A DNA stretch of 64,000 bases from the human T2T-CHM13v2.0 reference genome, Homo sapiens. The notes under the pieces were generated by a model. That model was not told the origin of the DNA. It saw nothing but the letters and a program-made list of their open reading frames with translations, and searched no databases. The DNA is taken from NCBI RefSeq assembly GCF_009914755.1, contig NC_060943.1; one strand, 5' to 3'. A program made the position numbers and the translations under genes. The stretch's first letter is position 1, and the number at the start of each line of letters is the position of its first letter. This document shows positions 26,636 through 39,588 of the stretch, in pieces.

Positions 26636-27498
26636 GATTTAGGGAATCTTAAGAGACAGGAGTGTATCATATTTCCTGGGTCTTGCTACCTAGTGTTTGA
26701 GCCAAACATGCATAGACCCAACCCACTGCCCACACATGTATATACCCATGCACATATGACCCGAGGTTGTGTAGGAGATGAGAGGCTGTGATGTAGCCTG
26801 GCCCTTACACAACCCTCCCTGTGTGCCTCCCTCCCACACATAGGTCCTCCTGAACCCTGGGAGAGTTGGCCGCTGTGCCAGGGGTCCCTGCCCCCATGGA
26901 GCTGAGAGCCTAGTGGGAGAGACACACACCCAATCAAATAATCAGATGCACACCAGTCACCAGGAAAGGTGACATTTTCTAGGAAGGAAAGCAAAGGCAT
27001 TTGGCTGAGGGGGACAGATAATGGGATATCACTTGACTCAGTTTTGGAGAGGTCAGAGCATGCCTTACTTGCCTTATTTTGATAAAACAGGAAAAAAATA
27101 TTTAAAAGCAAAAGGGACTGAGGCCATTTGTGCCTTCTAAGGATGCCTATTTGTAGGGGATGGGGAGGAGCAATTCACCTCCATCAGGAAATAGCTGTCC
27201 TTTGTCCTTGGGGGCTGAAATTTGGAGAACTGGCCTGGTGAGGGCTCAGGCTGCTGAATTTAAGAATAGGTTCTTGCACCTGCACATGGAGTCTGGGGTC
27301 TGAACAACAGGGGATAACTTGCTTTGCATAATAAAGTGCTAGAAGTTAGATGTGCATCTATTTATTTGAGTTGCTGGGGTATCAGATGGAGATAGAGAGA
27401 GGAGAGAGGTGTCCAGTAATAAGGGGAAGGGTGAAGTCCAAATTTGTGGAAAGGATGAGAGAATTTTAAAGAAGAGAGCTCTCTATCACTCAGTTTTA

Positions 27499-27823
27499 TT
27501 TTACTTTACTTTATTTTATTTAATTAATTTATTTTTTGAGTCAGGGTCTAGCTGTGTCACCCAGGCTGGAGTGCAGTGGTACACTCTCAGCTCACTGAAA
27601 CCTCCACCTCCCAGGTTCAAGTGATTCTCCTGCCTCAGACTCCCGAGTAGCTGGGATTACAGGCATGTGCCACCATGCCCAGCTAATTTTTAAATTTTTT
27701 TTAAGTAAAGGTGAGGTTTCTCCATGTCAGCCAGGCCGGTCTCGAACTCCTGACCTCAGGTGATCCACCCACCTCGGCCTCCCAAAGTGCTGGGATTACA
27801 GGTGTGAGTCATCGCGCCCAGCC
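27499..27823 (-). mobile_element. AluS
   Basis: TSD TATCACTCAGTTTTA at 27484-27498 and 27829-27843. Confidence 0.95.
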
Positions 27824-28794
27824 AGAGGTATCACTCAGTTTTAAATTGTCTGCTGTGTGGAAGTGCCCCTGCTGCTGCCCCCTCCTCACCCACAAGCCTG
27901 TTACTCTTGAGTCATTAGCAAGGTCCTCTACCAAGCTGCCCCCAGTAAGTGCAACTTTAGATGAGAGGTGAAAGGAAGTTGAAGAGAAACAGGGTTAGGC
28001 TGACGGCAGCGGTGGGGTTGAATTAAAGACAGCAGATGCTCCTGAATTTGCCCAGAGCTGGAAGTCAGAGCCCTAGGCCCTGGGACTCTTGGGAAGGAGT
28101 TTGGATTCACCCCAGGTCACGAGGTGAGGATTGGAGCTGCTATTGACTTGACATCTGGATTACATTAAGGCCGAGAACTGGGATGGAGAACCTCTTTATC
28201 TGATTATTTGGTACTAACATTAGTCAGATTTTAAGGGGGAAAAAAATCAGAATTATAGGATTGTTACAAACAAAGCCTTTCATTAAATCTGAGTATGCTG
28301 GATAACTGACGCTAATGGCTACAGAGTGTGGACAAGTGGGTGTCCTGCTGAACCTGCACTCCTGAAGGACCGAGGGCCTTTTGGGACGAGGGGGGACCTG
28401 CCGACACCCAGGGTAGGTCTGAGACACTTGAAAACTGCTGATCTTAAAAGGTTCTAGAAATGGTGTCCCACAGTGTCTGTTCACAGAGCCCACACTCAGC
28501 ACATCTTTTGCGCACAGGCGGAGCAAGGTACAGTCTGCCTGGTCCTTGTCTGAATTTCTACTTATTCACACTATTTAGGAGCAAATGAATAAAGCCTCCT
28601 GTATCAGGAATTTCATAGCCCCAAATCAACTTGGGGAATCCATCATGGGCAAAGGTTGCAGCTGCACCTCAACGTAGTACCTTTGCAAGAGGAACCCTTG
28701 CTCCTTCAGCCCCCTTTGGAGTGCATAGACAGAATCTGCCTTTGAAAGGGCGTGCCCTGGAGCACTGGAGGGATGATTTAGGGTGAGTGTTTCT

Positions 28795-29013
28795 ATAGGT
28801 TTCTCAACAGCGGCACTGTTGACGCTAGGGGCCTGATGACATTTTGTCCTGGAGGTTGCCCTGCGAGCATTGTAGGAAGTTCAGCTGCCCCTCGGCTGAC
28901 ACCCATAGATGCTAGTGGCACTCCCACCCCTCCAAGGTGCGACAACCAAAAATGTCTCTGGACACTGCCCGCTATTCCCGGGACACAGATTTGCCCCTAG
29001 TTGAGAATCATTG
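28795..29013 (-). mobile_element. MER20 (hAT-Charlie) DNA transposon
   Basis: Terminal inverted repeats GGTTTCTCAAC ... GTTGAGAATCATTG; internal ACAACCAAAAATGTCTCTGGACACTGCC; ~219 bp. Confidence 0.9.
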
Positions 29014-32000
29014 ATCTATCGGAGGCAATTTGCAGGCACCTGCCCTCAAAGAGCATAAAATCTGTGATTAAAGGCAAAACCCGTGCTGAGGGCAGAGGCC
29101 ACTGCATCAAAGGAAGCCGGGGAGGGAAAAGCCCACCTTCATGGTCGCTAATAACTCTCCTCGTAATTTCAATTCCGGCGAGTCCTTTCTGCTTTCTTCT
29201 TTTCTAAGAACTATATTTCTGAGGTCCCAAGTGACACATTGGACTCATTAAGGCTTCTTAATTCCCACATGAATTATTGCTGGAAGGGTCTGAAGGCCCA
29301 GTATCTCGCCTTATTACACCTGTAGTTATGAGCAGTAACTATGGCCTTTATTACAACATTCAGCACCAGCTATTAAATGTGAGGCATGAAAATGATTATT
29401 TCACCCCCAAATCCACTTACCACTGGCACATTTCCACGCATGTTCTCATACCAAACCGAGGAGCATTCTGCCGACGACCCTGCCAAATGCCGAGACCTCT
29501 CTGTGGGGATGCCCGATTTGCTGAGGTTGCCTGTCAATCATTCTTCATTACTGTTTATAGAGTCCAATTTCAAGATTTCCTTAGGTGTTGGCATTAGCTA
29601 ATATTTCAATAAATAAAGCAAAAGCTAGTGCTGTCACTCTTTCCCATTTCACCAAAGGATTTTTCTTTCCCTACAGAAAATCAGTAGGGCTAAAACATTC
29701 CTTGTTTAGCTTGGGGCTAAACACACCCTACATGAAGCAGAAAAAATCATCTAATTTTTTCAATGAAAGCCTATGCCAGTCAAAGACATTCTTACCTACT
29801 CACACTTAAGAGGCATCAAAAATGTACAAATATTAGAATCCTCGGCCTCCACAGGCAAGTTGCCATGTACACAATTATGAAAGGGAACCAAATTAAGAGG
29901 GAATGTGCAGAACGCCTTTGAAATATCGAAGAAACCGTGAACGCTGCTTCATTTTAATGTCTTAGATTTCACCGATAATGAGGAAATTGTCCTCGTTTTC
30001 ATGGGTAGAGGTTCTTAAAGGTTTTAAAATCTGAATAGTAATGCTGCTCAATTGTGCAGATTATAAATAACTTTTGACAAATCCAGTGCCTTCCATTTTG
30101 AGTCCACTGTTGAAAATACAGAGAGCAAGTGGGAAACAGAGAGAGAGTCCAGGGGTTGCATAGGATACCATTCAAAGAAGGGAAGAAAGAGAGGCATCCT
30201 GGTAACAAACTCTTTCTCTCCCAAGAAAGAGTTAACAGAAAGAAATAAAATCAGATATGTGTAGCCTCCAGACGTCCATTAAAGTGCAGAATGCTGTTTT
30301 CTATCACAGATTATATGCCAGATGTTCAAACTATCTCTAATCATTGCAGATGTAATGGAGTAGAATGTTGCAGTTTGTGAGTTTACTGGCATTAATCCTA
30401 TATACTGCACAAGGGAAAAGATTTTAAATATATAATTATATCTCATTAATACTCAGGTTTTATTTCCTTTCAATGGAACAGGACTTATTAAAGCAACCAT
30501 TTACCGCATGTTTTCTTTCAGTATTTGGCTCCAGCATAATCCTGTGTGCATTTGACGTGTAAATATGTACTAACCTGGGTGCAGAAAAACACCCAGGAAT
30601 GGCTGTGAGTCCACCGCTACCAAAATTTGCTTTTATAAGCATGAGATGTTTTTATATTGTAAATTGATAAGAGAGACTTAACCGCATACTTTCTGAGTCG
30701 CTACTCGGGTTTTCTTCATGTTGGAAATATTTGTGTTTCTTCATTTGAAAGGAAATTGCCTTCACTTCGGCTCTTTATTGCACGTGGGGAAAAGGTGCAT
30801 TCTGGCTCCAGAGGGGGCCTGTGCAGGTACGGGTGAGGGCCGGAACCCCTGAGTGGCACCTACATTCTCTTGGGCACTTGTGGGACCCACTAAAGGACTA
30901 AGAAAGTTGTGTGGTTGTTGTTGTTGTGTTTTTACTGAGCATCACCATGGTTAGGGTGTATCTCAAGGGGAATGCAGGAGTGAGGAGTAAAGAAATTCCT
31001 TCTTGAGCCTCCCTGGCCACTCTTCCCTAAATAAAATAGCAACCTTTTCACCAACCATCTAAACTGGGTTGGAGTAATGAATACTAACACCAAGCCATCT
31101 CCCGGGCTGATGGCCAGCTTCCTCCGTGGCTGGAGCACATTCACAGAAGCCTCTCTGGATCCTTTCTGTGGAGCCGGAGCTGTCCCTGCATCCTTCCCCG
31201 TGAGCGGGGAATCCATGCTGTCCCAGGGGTTGAGTTCCTTTGCTGGCTGAGGCTGGCCCTGTGGACGGATGGATACACCCACCGCTAGATGGGAGACACG
31301 GGAGCTTGCTTCCTGATAAGGACAGAGGCTGAATTTTCGGCAATCTGCTCTTTCTCGCGACTCTGGGTTCAATGGCTGTGACTTATTTGGTGATTCTGGT
31401 AACAGACTCCTCAAGCGCAGGGGCTGCATCCACCTTGCTCCCTGATTTCCCCCACACCAGTACAGTGCCTGACACCTCATCAGCTCTCTCCTTACCTCTT
31501 TCTTAAGTGACAGAATAAAAGAATAAATTACTGGGTAGTGAAGGTCTTTTGGGAAAAGCTGGGTGGGGCTTACAATTTAGTACAATGTCCTTAGCTATCA
31601 TTTTTGGCGTGGAAGAGAGTTTGATGGATTCTGCAATAATGAGATTGACGAGACAGATGGTCGCTGCCAGGAATTCAGCAGAGGCCAGGGTGATGGAGAA
31701 GCAACGGCTCTGTGTCAGAAGCAGGGGCGGGAGCGGGAGGTGTTGGAAGCTCAGTGGTGGTTTCATACCCCTGGGGAAGAAGCGATCTGCAGGCCGGGTG
31801 GTGAATGGGATGCATGCAAGCCTGAAACGGGAGTGCTGAGCTCACAAAGCAGAGTCATCTGGGATATTTGGGTGGAAGCTCTGGGGCGCCAGGGAAAGTC
31901 CCAAAGGAGGGTTCTGGGAAGAGGGTGCTGCAGACAGCAATAAGAGGAGGAGATTGGAAGGAGGGGCAAAGCAGTTCATGGGGATCCCTGGAACTGAGTC

Positions 32001-32088
32001 CAGCTCATCCAAAGCTTCTATCTTCTGCTTTTATTTTATAATATTTAAGTTATAAGTGGATGCTGCCAATTAGGTATACAGATATACA

Positions 32089-32168
32089 GCCTCTCTCTCT
32101 CTCTTCCTCCTCTCCTTCCTTCTTCCTCCTCTCCTTCCCTCTTCCTCCTCTCCTTCCCCTTTCCTTTT
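32089..32168 (+). repeat. Polypyrimidine (CT-rich) low-complexity tract
   Basis: ~80 nt of C/T only. Confidence 0.92.
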
Positions 32169-32829
32169 AGGACACTAAGATCAACAGGAATAAAATTCCT
32201 GAGTATTTATCTCCTGAGGGGCAGAGCTAGAAAGAGGAGATCTATGCAGAGTTTCCAATTTAGAATTATATTAAATGGGGTGGGGGAAGCTGAGTGTTAA
32301 TGTCCTTTTCCTTTTTGGGATTTGAGTCCTCTGGGAGCCAGGACTCAGAGAGCAGTAGGCGTGGGGCCTGGGCTGCAGAGGCAGCTAGGGGCTGGAGCAA
32401 GTGCCCCAGGGAAGGAGGGCCAGGCTGAGCATGGGTGAGAGACCTGAGAGCCCAGGACAGGCCACTTCCAATGGGGAAGACCCCGGTGCTCCCGGCTGCC
32501 CCCAGGGCCAGTGGCCAGTCTCCGAGGGGCCTAAGAGCTGGAGGAAAAGGGCTGTCAAGTCCGGAGGGCAGGAGCTGGGCTGGGGTGAGGGGAGGTGGCA
32601 GATGAGGGGTCCATTTAGGAACAAGGCCCTGCTGATATGGAGGAAACAGAAAGAAGGTGAGAGTCAGCACGGTCGCTTCAAAATGGTGACAACTGAAATC
32701 TTCTACTCAACAGGAATGGAAAACCAGGTAGGAATAGAAACCTGGAAGAGCCAGATGACCAGAAAAGAGCACTTATGCATTTTGGAAAAGGACGATAACC
32801 TCGTACCACTAAAAAGTTAACTGAAAAAA

Positions 32830-33021
32830 TGTTTTAATTTCAATGGTTTTTGGGGTACAGGTGGTTTTCAGTTACATGAACAAGTTCTGTAGTGGTGATT
32901 TCTGAGATTTTGGTGCACCCGTCGTCACCCAAGCAGTGTACACTGTACCCAACATGTATTCTTTTATCCCTCACCACCCCCAACCATCCCTTCCGAGCCC
33001 CCAAAGTCCATTATATCATTC
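32830..33021 (-). mobile_element. Short 5'-truncated L1PB 3' end
   Basis: GGGGTACAGGTGGTTTTT...GTGGTGATTTCTGAGATTTTGGTGCACCC...CCCCAAAGTCCATTATATCATTC. Confidence 0.88.
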
Positions 33022-34936
33022 AAAAAGTTAGCTTTCTAGGGAACCTTCTCTGTTCGCACATCTGTCTCCAATACAGGACTGTTTGCTCTGAATGGGAGAT
33101 CTGTCTTTTAGTGAATGTTTGCCGAATGCAAGAAGAAAGCACAAAGTGAATGAAATAATAGATAATTGATCAAAATGGATATGTGGCAAGGGTCATCACA
33201 GAGGACTACACAAGTGAAACTCAACTATCCTTAAGAGTTTTAAAAGATGTGACATGTTAGGTTGCCTGTGGGGAACCCATGAATCGGCAATAAGGAATAG
33301 GAAGCTCAGTCCAAATAGTTGTTGAGGATCATTGGTGGGTGATGGGGCACATGGCTGCAATCACCTTCACGCAGGTGGTCCTGAGGAAGTTACCTTGCCC
33401 TGAGGCAAGCAGGGATTATCCCGAGGGGAGACTATCACCTGCAGCTAGATGCTGGGTTCCAATTCCTCGGAGGGGCAAAGAGATCCGACAAAAGCTCAGT
33501 GCTCAGGGCCCGGTGCAGGTCAGGCAACTCTTGCTGCTGACTGAGCAATGCAGTCCCCCTTCACAATTAGGGGTGGGCATGGTTTGTTGTTCTGGGCACA
33601 GTGAAAATTACCTATTAGCAGCACAGAATCTTCTGGAAGGCCTCATGGAAGCATATCCGGATTGAACTTTCTGTCCAGATCAGCCTAAGGACACTGTCTC
33701 CCGTGTCATGGGGACCACTCACTGTACGCTGCACTGAACTCACTGTTTTTTGGCTTCCTAGAGTTTGGGGTCTGATGCTCACAGCTTGGCTGTCAGGCCT
33801 CCACTGCATGTAAGTGTTCACAGATGCACCTCTTTGGCCAAGCTCTGGAATTCCCTCCTGCTCTGCACTGGAAACGGACAGTGTGTCTGCCTCTGTCTCT
33901 CTCTTCCTAGACTCTCAGCCCCTCCAGGCTGGGGTTCTGCAGCCTAGGAGCATGGGCTCTGGAGCCTGCCTGCCTATGTTTGCAAACAGAGCCCATGCTT
34001 TCCTCACTCCAGGACCATGGACACACCTTGGTTTCCTCATCTGTTAAGCAGGATGGAGTTGTTTTCAGGAGGAAATGAACGTGCAACCATAGAGTGCTCA
34101 GAAAGGTGTCTGGCTCTGTAAGTGTTGCAGGTATGGTTCCCCAGGAAACAGGCCCTGAGAAGGGGGCTCACATGCAGGAGGTGTATTAGGAGGTTCCCTG
34201 GGAATCAACACCTCCATGAAGGAAGGGGAAGGAAAGAGGACTGGACAGAGGGAGATGTCAAGCTGCTGCATCAGCCTAACAATATCCACGGCCTGTCCCT
34301 GCAGGGAGGTCTAGAGTGAGATTAGCTCTGCAGAATTGCCCAGAGCTGGGCTGAGATGGCAGGCTTTCATGCTTCTTTGTCAGTCAGGCACTGGATGTGG
34401 TGTGATGTTGGTTGAGGCAGCTCTCTGCAGTAAAGACCATCCTGGGAGGAACTGACAGCTGAGGCCATCCGCTGAACTCCCAGAAGCAGACGTAACAAGT
34501 CCTTCCTTGGAAGGGACCTGGATAGTGAGTCATGCTGTCCACCACCATCTTCTCTTTGGCTGTTCAGATCCACTTCTTCATATGCATGGAGGTAGCGCCA
34601 TCCCCGGGATTCCCATGGGTCTCTCTTCCTGAGGGAAACTCTAGAAGAGGAAGATTCATGGAGTGAACTCCAGCCCCCACTGCTGCCGCTGGTCTTAGGG
34701 TCCTGACTGATCCTCACCATCTGCTTTCTCCATGATTAATTCTCTATTTTCATTAGCACCGGTGCCAGTCTCAATGGCTTACTTGAAGTCATCACCCATA
34801 CCTTTGCCCATAAAGGGTTTGAGGGTTTGAGTTTCTGGTGACTATACTTTTCTCAGGTCAAGGTTGGTGCATTTGTCCATTTGATACCACAATGGAGCAA
34901 AGAAATGCCACCCAGGTAAGTGCCCTGTTAGAGGAG

Positions 34937-35563
34937 TGAAACAGCTTTGTTGTCAGGGGTAATACCCGAGGTTCCTTGCCTTGTACCAGACACATGTGGA
35001 GTGAGGCTAAGAGCAGCGGTTTAATAGGTGAAAGAAAGAGAAAAGAGAATAGCTGCCTCTCCTGCAGAGAGAGAGAGGGGAGCCCAAGTAGGTCTTCCGC
35101 TTTTGTGGTGAAGTGCACGGGGTTTTATAGACTGGCTTGAGGAGGTGGTTTCCGATTTACATAGGGCCCAAAGATTGGCTGGACCAGGTGTGACATTTAC
35201 ATAGCACATGAAGAAGCTAGATACCCCACCCTAACCTTCTCTTGTGCAAATTGATTCTTTACCTGGCCAGTGCCATGATGTCTGCCCTTGCTGTACATGT
35301 GGTTGACAAAGCAAAGGGAACATGGGGCCGCCATGTCGAACATGCCTAACCCCCAGGTAGCCTTTTCCTATTGTCACAGCTGCCGGCATTCACTCCTGCA
35401 AGCTTCCAGCTTGCTTATCTATGTTTGCAGCTCAATTTTACAGACTGCTTTTTGTTAAAAAAGAAATGATGTGAGGCCTGTTTTTTATTAAAAGGGAAAC
35501 CTGACCAAGGACTTCCTTACCGTCACTATCTGCCTAAATAATTTCTTTTTAACTCCTATATCG
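34937..35563 (-). mobile_element. ERV1 solo LTR (LTR9-like)
   Basis: Reverse strand begins GATATAGGAGTTAAAAAGAAATTATTTAGGCAGATAGTGA and ends CCTCGGGTATTACCCCTGACAACAAAGCTGTTTCA. Confidence 0.75.
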
Positions 35564-35950
35564 GGGGACTGAAGGGAGACTGGTAATCATTAGAGTCCCA
35601 AGTAGCAGGAGAAGGAGGCATGGCAGGGGATTTTCTGCGGCTTTCACAGGGAGAAATGTGCAAGTGGCATAAGCAGGATCAACAAGCTTAGGATTGGCAA
35701 CTTTGAATAATTTTGGCAGACTCCAAGGAACAGGGACTGTCCTGAGTTGTCTGGTTCCTTGTCCTGGGGAAATTAGGGGAGGGAAATATTGGCCGTGGAG
35801 CATAAGAGACCTGTGAGAGCCCAGTAAAAGAGATGGTTGGGGAGTATGAGCTTTGGATTGGTTGGTTCATAGCCCTAGGAGAGACAATCACTTCCTGGTC
35901 AGGTCTCAAGATGTCAAAGCATCACAAAATACAGAAACTTAAATATAGAA
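35564..35950 (-). mobile_element. ERVL-type LTR fragment (MER74/MER73-like), host of the LTR9-like insertion
   Basis: TTAGGATTGGCAACTTTGAATAATTT...AGGGACTGTCCTGAGTTGTCTGG resembles the recalled MER74-group core; subfamily uncertain. Confidence 0.5.
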
Positions 35951-36307
35951 TTCATTTCCTTGCAGGCCCCTGACCATCTGGTCTGGGCCATTGCCTATGA
36001 GTTCATACATACTCTAACCTCAGGCTACTTCTTTGTTCATACAAAGTGCATGACCAGGCACAACACCTAAAGCATACCCATTGAGAAGTTTTCTTTCCCC
36101 TCTGCCTTTCCAAGTCATTCCTGGGTACTGGGTAGTAATGCAGCTGCTATCTATTGTTATCTTTAATCCACACACTGAGCTCACCCATCTGTGAACCAAA
36201 TCTGATCTTTTTCCTCTTGTCTGAAGACCATAAGGTATCCTGAAAGTCATAGGGTGTGCTCAGGGAGAGTAGTGGGTATCAGAGTGTGAATGTGAATGAT
36301 ATGGAGC

Positions 36308-37960
36308 TCAAAGCTGCCTGCTCATGCAACCTGCCTGTGCCCCCTGGCTCTGCTGTGCTTGGTCCCAGATTAGCCACTTTAATCCTCCATGGATTATTGC
36401 TGGGTTACCTGATATTGTTATGTGTGACAGAACACAACTCATGATGGGTCCTCTCTCTTGGGGCCCCATGGTCAGGCACTCCTTCTTTATCAGGTCTTGG
36501 TGGCTACACTGGGAGGTATTTTTCCAAAGGCACATTCTCTGCTGTGGAAGGTATGGCCTTGATCCAAAACCCTAGGGGTCTACATTGTGAGTCTTCCTTT
36601 GGGATTTGTTTTAAAACTCCACATGACATCATTTCCTTCACTGACAATTTTTATGCTTTGGGGTCTGCCAGATCATAGGTCCATCTGCATCACAGGCTGG
36701 ACCTGCTACAGAGCTCTTTTCTCTTCTGGGCCTCATACAAAACCAGCAGCTTTTCATATTACCTGGCGTATAGGTGACAACAGTATTTCCACATGTGGAA
36801 AATGCTGCCTCTAGAATCCAGAGTCTAGAACCAGATGTCATGCTCCATCCTTTATGATGGGAGCTCATAATTTATCTTTTACTATGGAAGGGATGTACTG
36901 TCATGCCTTTGACCACTGAACTCCTAAGAATGTTAGTGATGTAGCCGACTCCTTTGAATCTTTGAAGGAGTTCTTTTCTCACCCTCTGCAATGCATGTGT
37001 CTTGTCAAAGCCTCTGTCTTAGTGAGTTCAGGCTGCTATAACAAAAGTACCACAGACGGGGTGACTAAAGCAACAGAAATTTATTACTCATAGTTATGGA
37101 GGCTTGGAAGTCCAAGATCCAGGTGCTGACTAATATGGTTTTTAGTGAGGTCCCTTTTCCTGGTTTGCAGGTGGATGCCTTTTTGCTATTTCTTCCCATG
37201 GTGGAGAGAGAGTGAGCAGTCTCTAATCTCTTTATTTCCTTATAAGGACACCAATCCCCCTCATGGGGACTCTACTTTCATGACCTCATCTAAACCTAAT
37301 AGCCTTCCAAAAGTCTTTCAAGATGTCCTCATGGCTCAGGTCACTTTAACCATATTATGACAGAGGGAGGGAACGCTAACATAGTTCTTGGGAAATCCTG
37401 TGAATGTACACCTTTGCTCATCCCAGAACTGTTTCTGATCCTTTCTTATTGTGATAGAAACAAAAATGCACTCACTAGATCAAAGGCTGCCCACCATGTT
37501 CTTGAGAGCATGTGAATCAGCTCTAAGGAAGATATTATAACTGATATGGAAGTCTCAATTGGGGTAACTGCTTGGTTAGGTATGAAAAGTCCACTGCCAT
37601 TTTCCAGGATCCATCTGGTTTTTGCAGGTCTAGACCAGTGAGCTAAATGGAGATGTGATGGGAGCCACCACACATGCATCCTTTAGATCTTTAAAAAGAG
37701 CACTAATTTCTGCCATCTCCCTGGGACACAACATTATTATTTTCTACCTTGATTTGGGGAATGGGCCCAGTCAAGGACTCAATTTTTCAGTATATCTATG
37801 CTAACATCCATTAGAGGACTGGAAACATTACCACCAAAGTGTCTATGAGTCCAGTGGAGCCTCCATGAAGCAGCCTGGCCAGGACTCCAATGATTATATA
37901 TCTCCCTTCTAACTCCCTTTGACAGGGGACTGTGATAATTCTTTGGGTCTCTAGGTATTG
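36308..37960 (-). pseudogene. ERV-L pro/pol remnants (frameshifted, interrupted by a MaLR LTR)
   Basis: GRYIIIGVLARL...VVMFPV (protease); NQAVTPIETSISVIISSLELIHMLSRTWWAAFDLVSAF (RT motif A region; ERV-L has LNQVVTPIAAAVPDVVSLLEQIN..TWYAAIDLANAF); ECLTMGPQ..PIMSCVLS..KWLIWDQAQ (tether). Confidence 0.8.
37015..37313 (-). mobile_element. MaLR LTR fragment (MLT1A-like) inside ERV pol
   Basis: TGTCTTAGTGAGTTCAGGCTGCTATAACAAAAGTACCACAGAC...GGAAGTCCAAGATC. Confidence 0.88.
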
Positions 37961-38416
37961 GTGTCTATTCAAACTCTGTGTCCACCAGTCTTCACGATGT
38001 TTGGATGTTTCCCTTGCCCTAGTCCACAGTGCAATGCCCTCTGGGAAAGGACTCAGAATTATGACTGGGTCCATGTGCCATGGTATTACAAGAACTTCCC
38101 TTGGGGGCTATAACTTCAGCTGCATTCAACAGGCTCCAGGTCTGAAAAGTGCACGAGCAGTCCTGGCTTTTTCTTGCAGCAGCTGCTCTCAGTCTTCTAA
38201 CCAGCAGTCTTTGATTTCTTTTGACGGTACAAATTGAGCAGTACTCTTGTTGACTACTCTTCTATTTTGCCCCACACTGTGTTCTATTAACCATCTCCAT
38301 GTCTCTTTGCAGATCAGATCCCCTGGCTGCTTCTCTAACCTTGCTACTTATGACAGTAATTGCATCCTCTTGGCTTCTGAAAATCAAAGGCCGCATTGTA
38401 TTCTTCCTCTGCTCTT

Positions 38417-38656
38417 TCAGTGTTCCATCATCTCCATTGCCATTGGTGAGTCCAGTTCTGTAACAGCCTCCTTTTCCACCAGCTTTGGTCCACAGAAGAG
38501 AGTTGCCATTGAACTTGGTAGTGATGTCAGTGCTTCTCTCGCCAGTGTATTCCCATTGGCCTTAGTGAATGGTATGCTCTCCAAGAGTTGCCATGGACTG
38601 TGATGTGTTTTCAGCCGTATGGAGCATATCCACACCAGCATACCTACTTTTGCCAT
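38417..38656 (-). pseudogene. ERV-L gag remnant
   Basis: ORF-track peptide GMLVWI...ESIPFTKANGNTLAREALTSLPSS...AVTELDSPMAM aligns by eye with recalled ERV-L Gag GMLEWI...EDIPLTNALRNRFVRAAPASLKS...AVTQL. Confidence 0.75.
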
Positions 38657-38840
38657 CTTTCAAATTTTTTCTTAACATTTGCTATGGCAATTCTGACATT
38701 TCAACCCCATTTGCTTCTTCCACACTCCTAGAAGCCATCTTACTATCACATCTCTCCATTTTCTGGGATTCTTGCCAAGGTGTTAAATCCTGAATTCTCA
38801 AAGAGTGCACTCAAACTCTTTCTAATTCAGTCTGTTGTTT

Positions 38841-39588
38841 TGTTACAGCCTGGCAGGTTCTTCTTTCCTGCTGCCCAGAAAAAGCCAATATGTTGAGAAC
38901 AGCAGGTGCTGCAGCAGAGAAAGAGTTTAATAATTGCAGGGCAGCCATGCAAGGAAGACAGGAGATATTTCTCAAATCCACCTCCCTGAGAATTCAGAAG
39001 TTGGGATTTTAAAGGGTTCTTTGGTGGACAGGGCTTTAGGGAATTGAAACAATTGATCTGCTGGAGATGAAATCACAGGGGTGTCGAAGCTACAACTGAG
39101 TCAGCTCCTGGCTGGGTTTTGCAGGACCAGTTGCATCAGTTTTTTGGTGTGGGTCATGGGTCCAAGTGACATCTCTTGGTCTACCAAAATGCTAAATCTA
39201 AAAAATATCTCAAAGACCAGTTCTTTAGGTCTCACAATGGTGATGTTATCTATAGGAACAGTTGGGGAAGTCACAAATTTTGTGACCTCCAGTTATGTGA
39301 GCCTGCTGCAGTAGGCAACTAAAGAAAAGCAAGTTAAGTCAGGAATGGATGGTTATTGGTTAACTGTGTCTATTCTTTAGCACAGTTCAGACCCCTACCA
39401 GAAATCTTAACCTTGTTGTCTTTTATTAGCCTTTACAAATACAGTTTCAGTCTTTGAACAAGGAGGAAGTCAGTTCAAGAAAAAAACAAGTACTGACAAA
39501 AGCAAGTTAGCTTGTAGTGGTAGAAGCAGAATAGAATCAGTTATGTTAGATTTCCCTTACTACTATAATTCCTGCAAAGATGGCTTCA
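38841..39588 (-). mobile_element. ERV1 solo LTR (LTR8/LTR26-like) inside ERV gag
   Basis: TG...CA termini; reverse strand starts TGAAGCCATCTTTGCAGGAATTATAG; perfect 4-bp TSD GTTT (38837-38840, 39589-39592). Confidence 0.82.
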
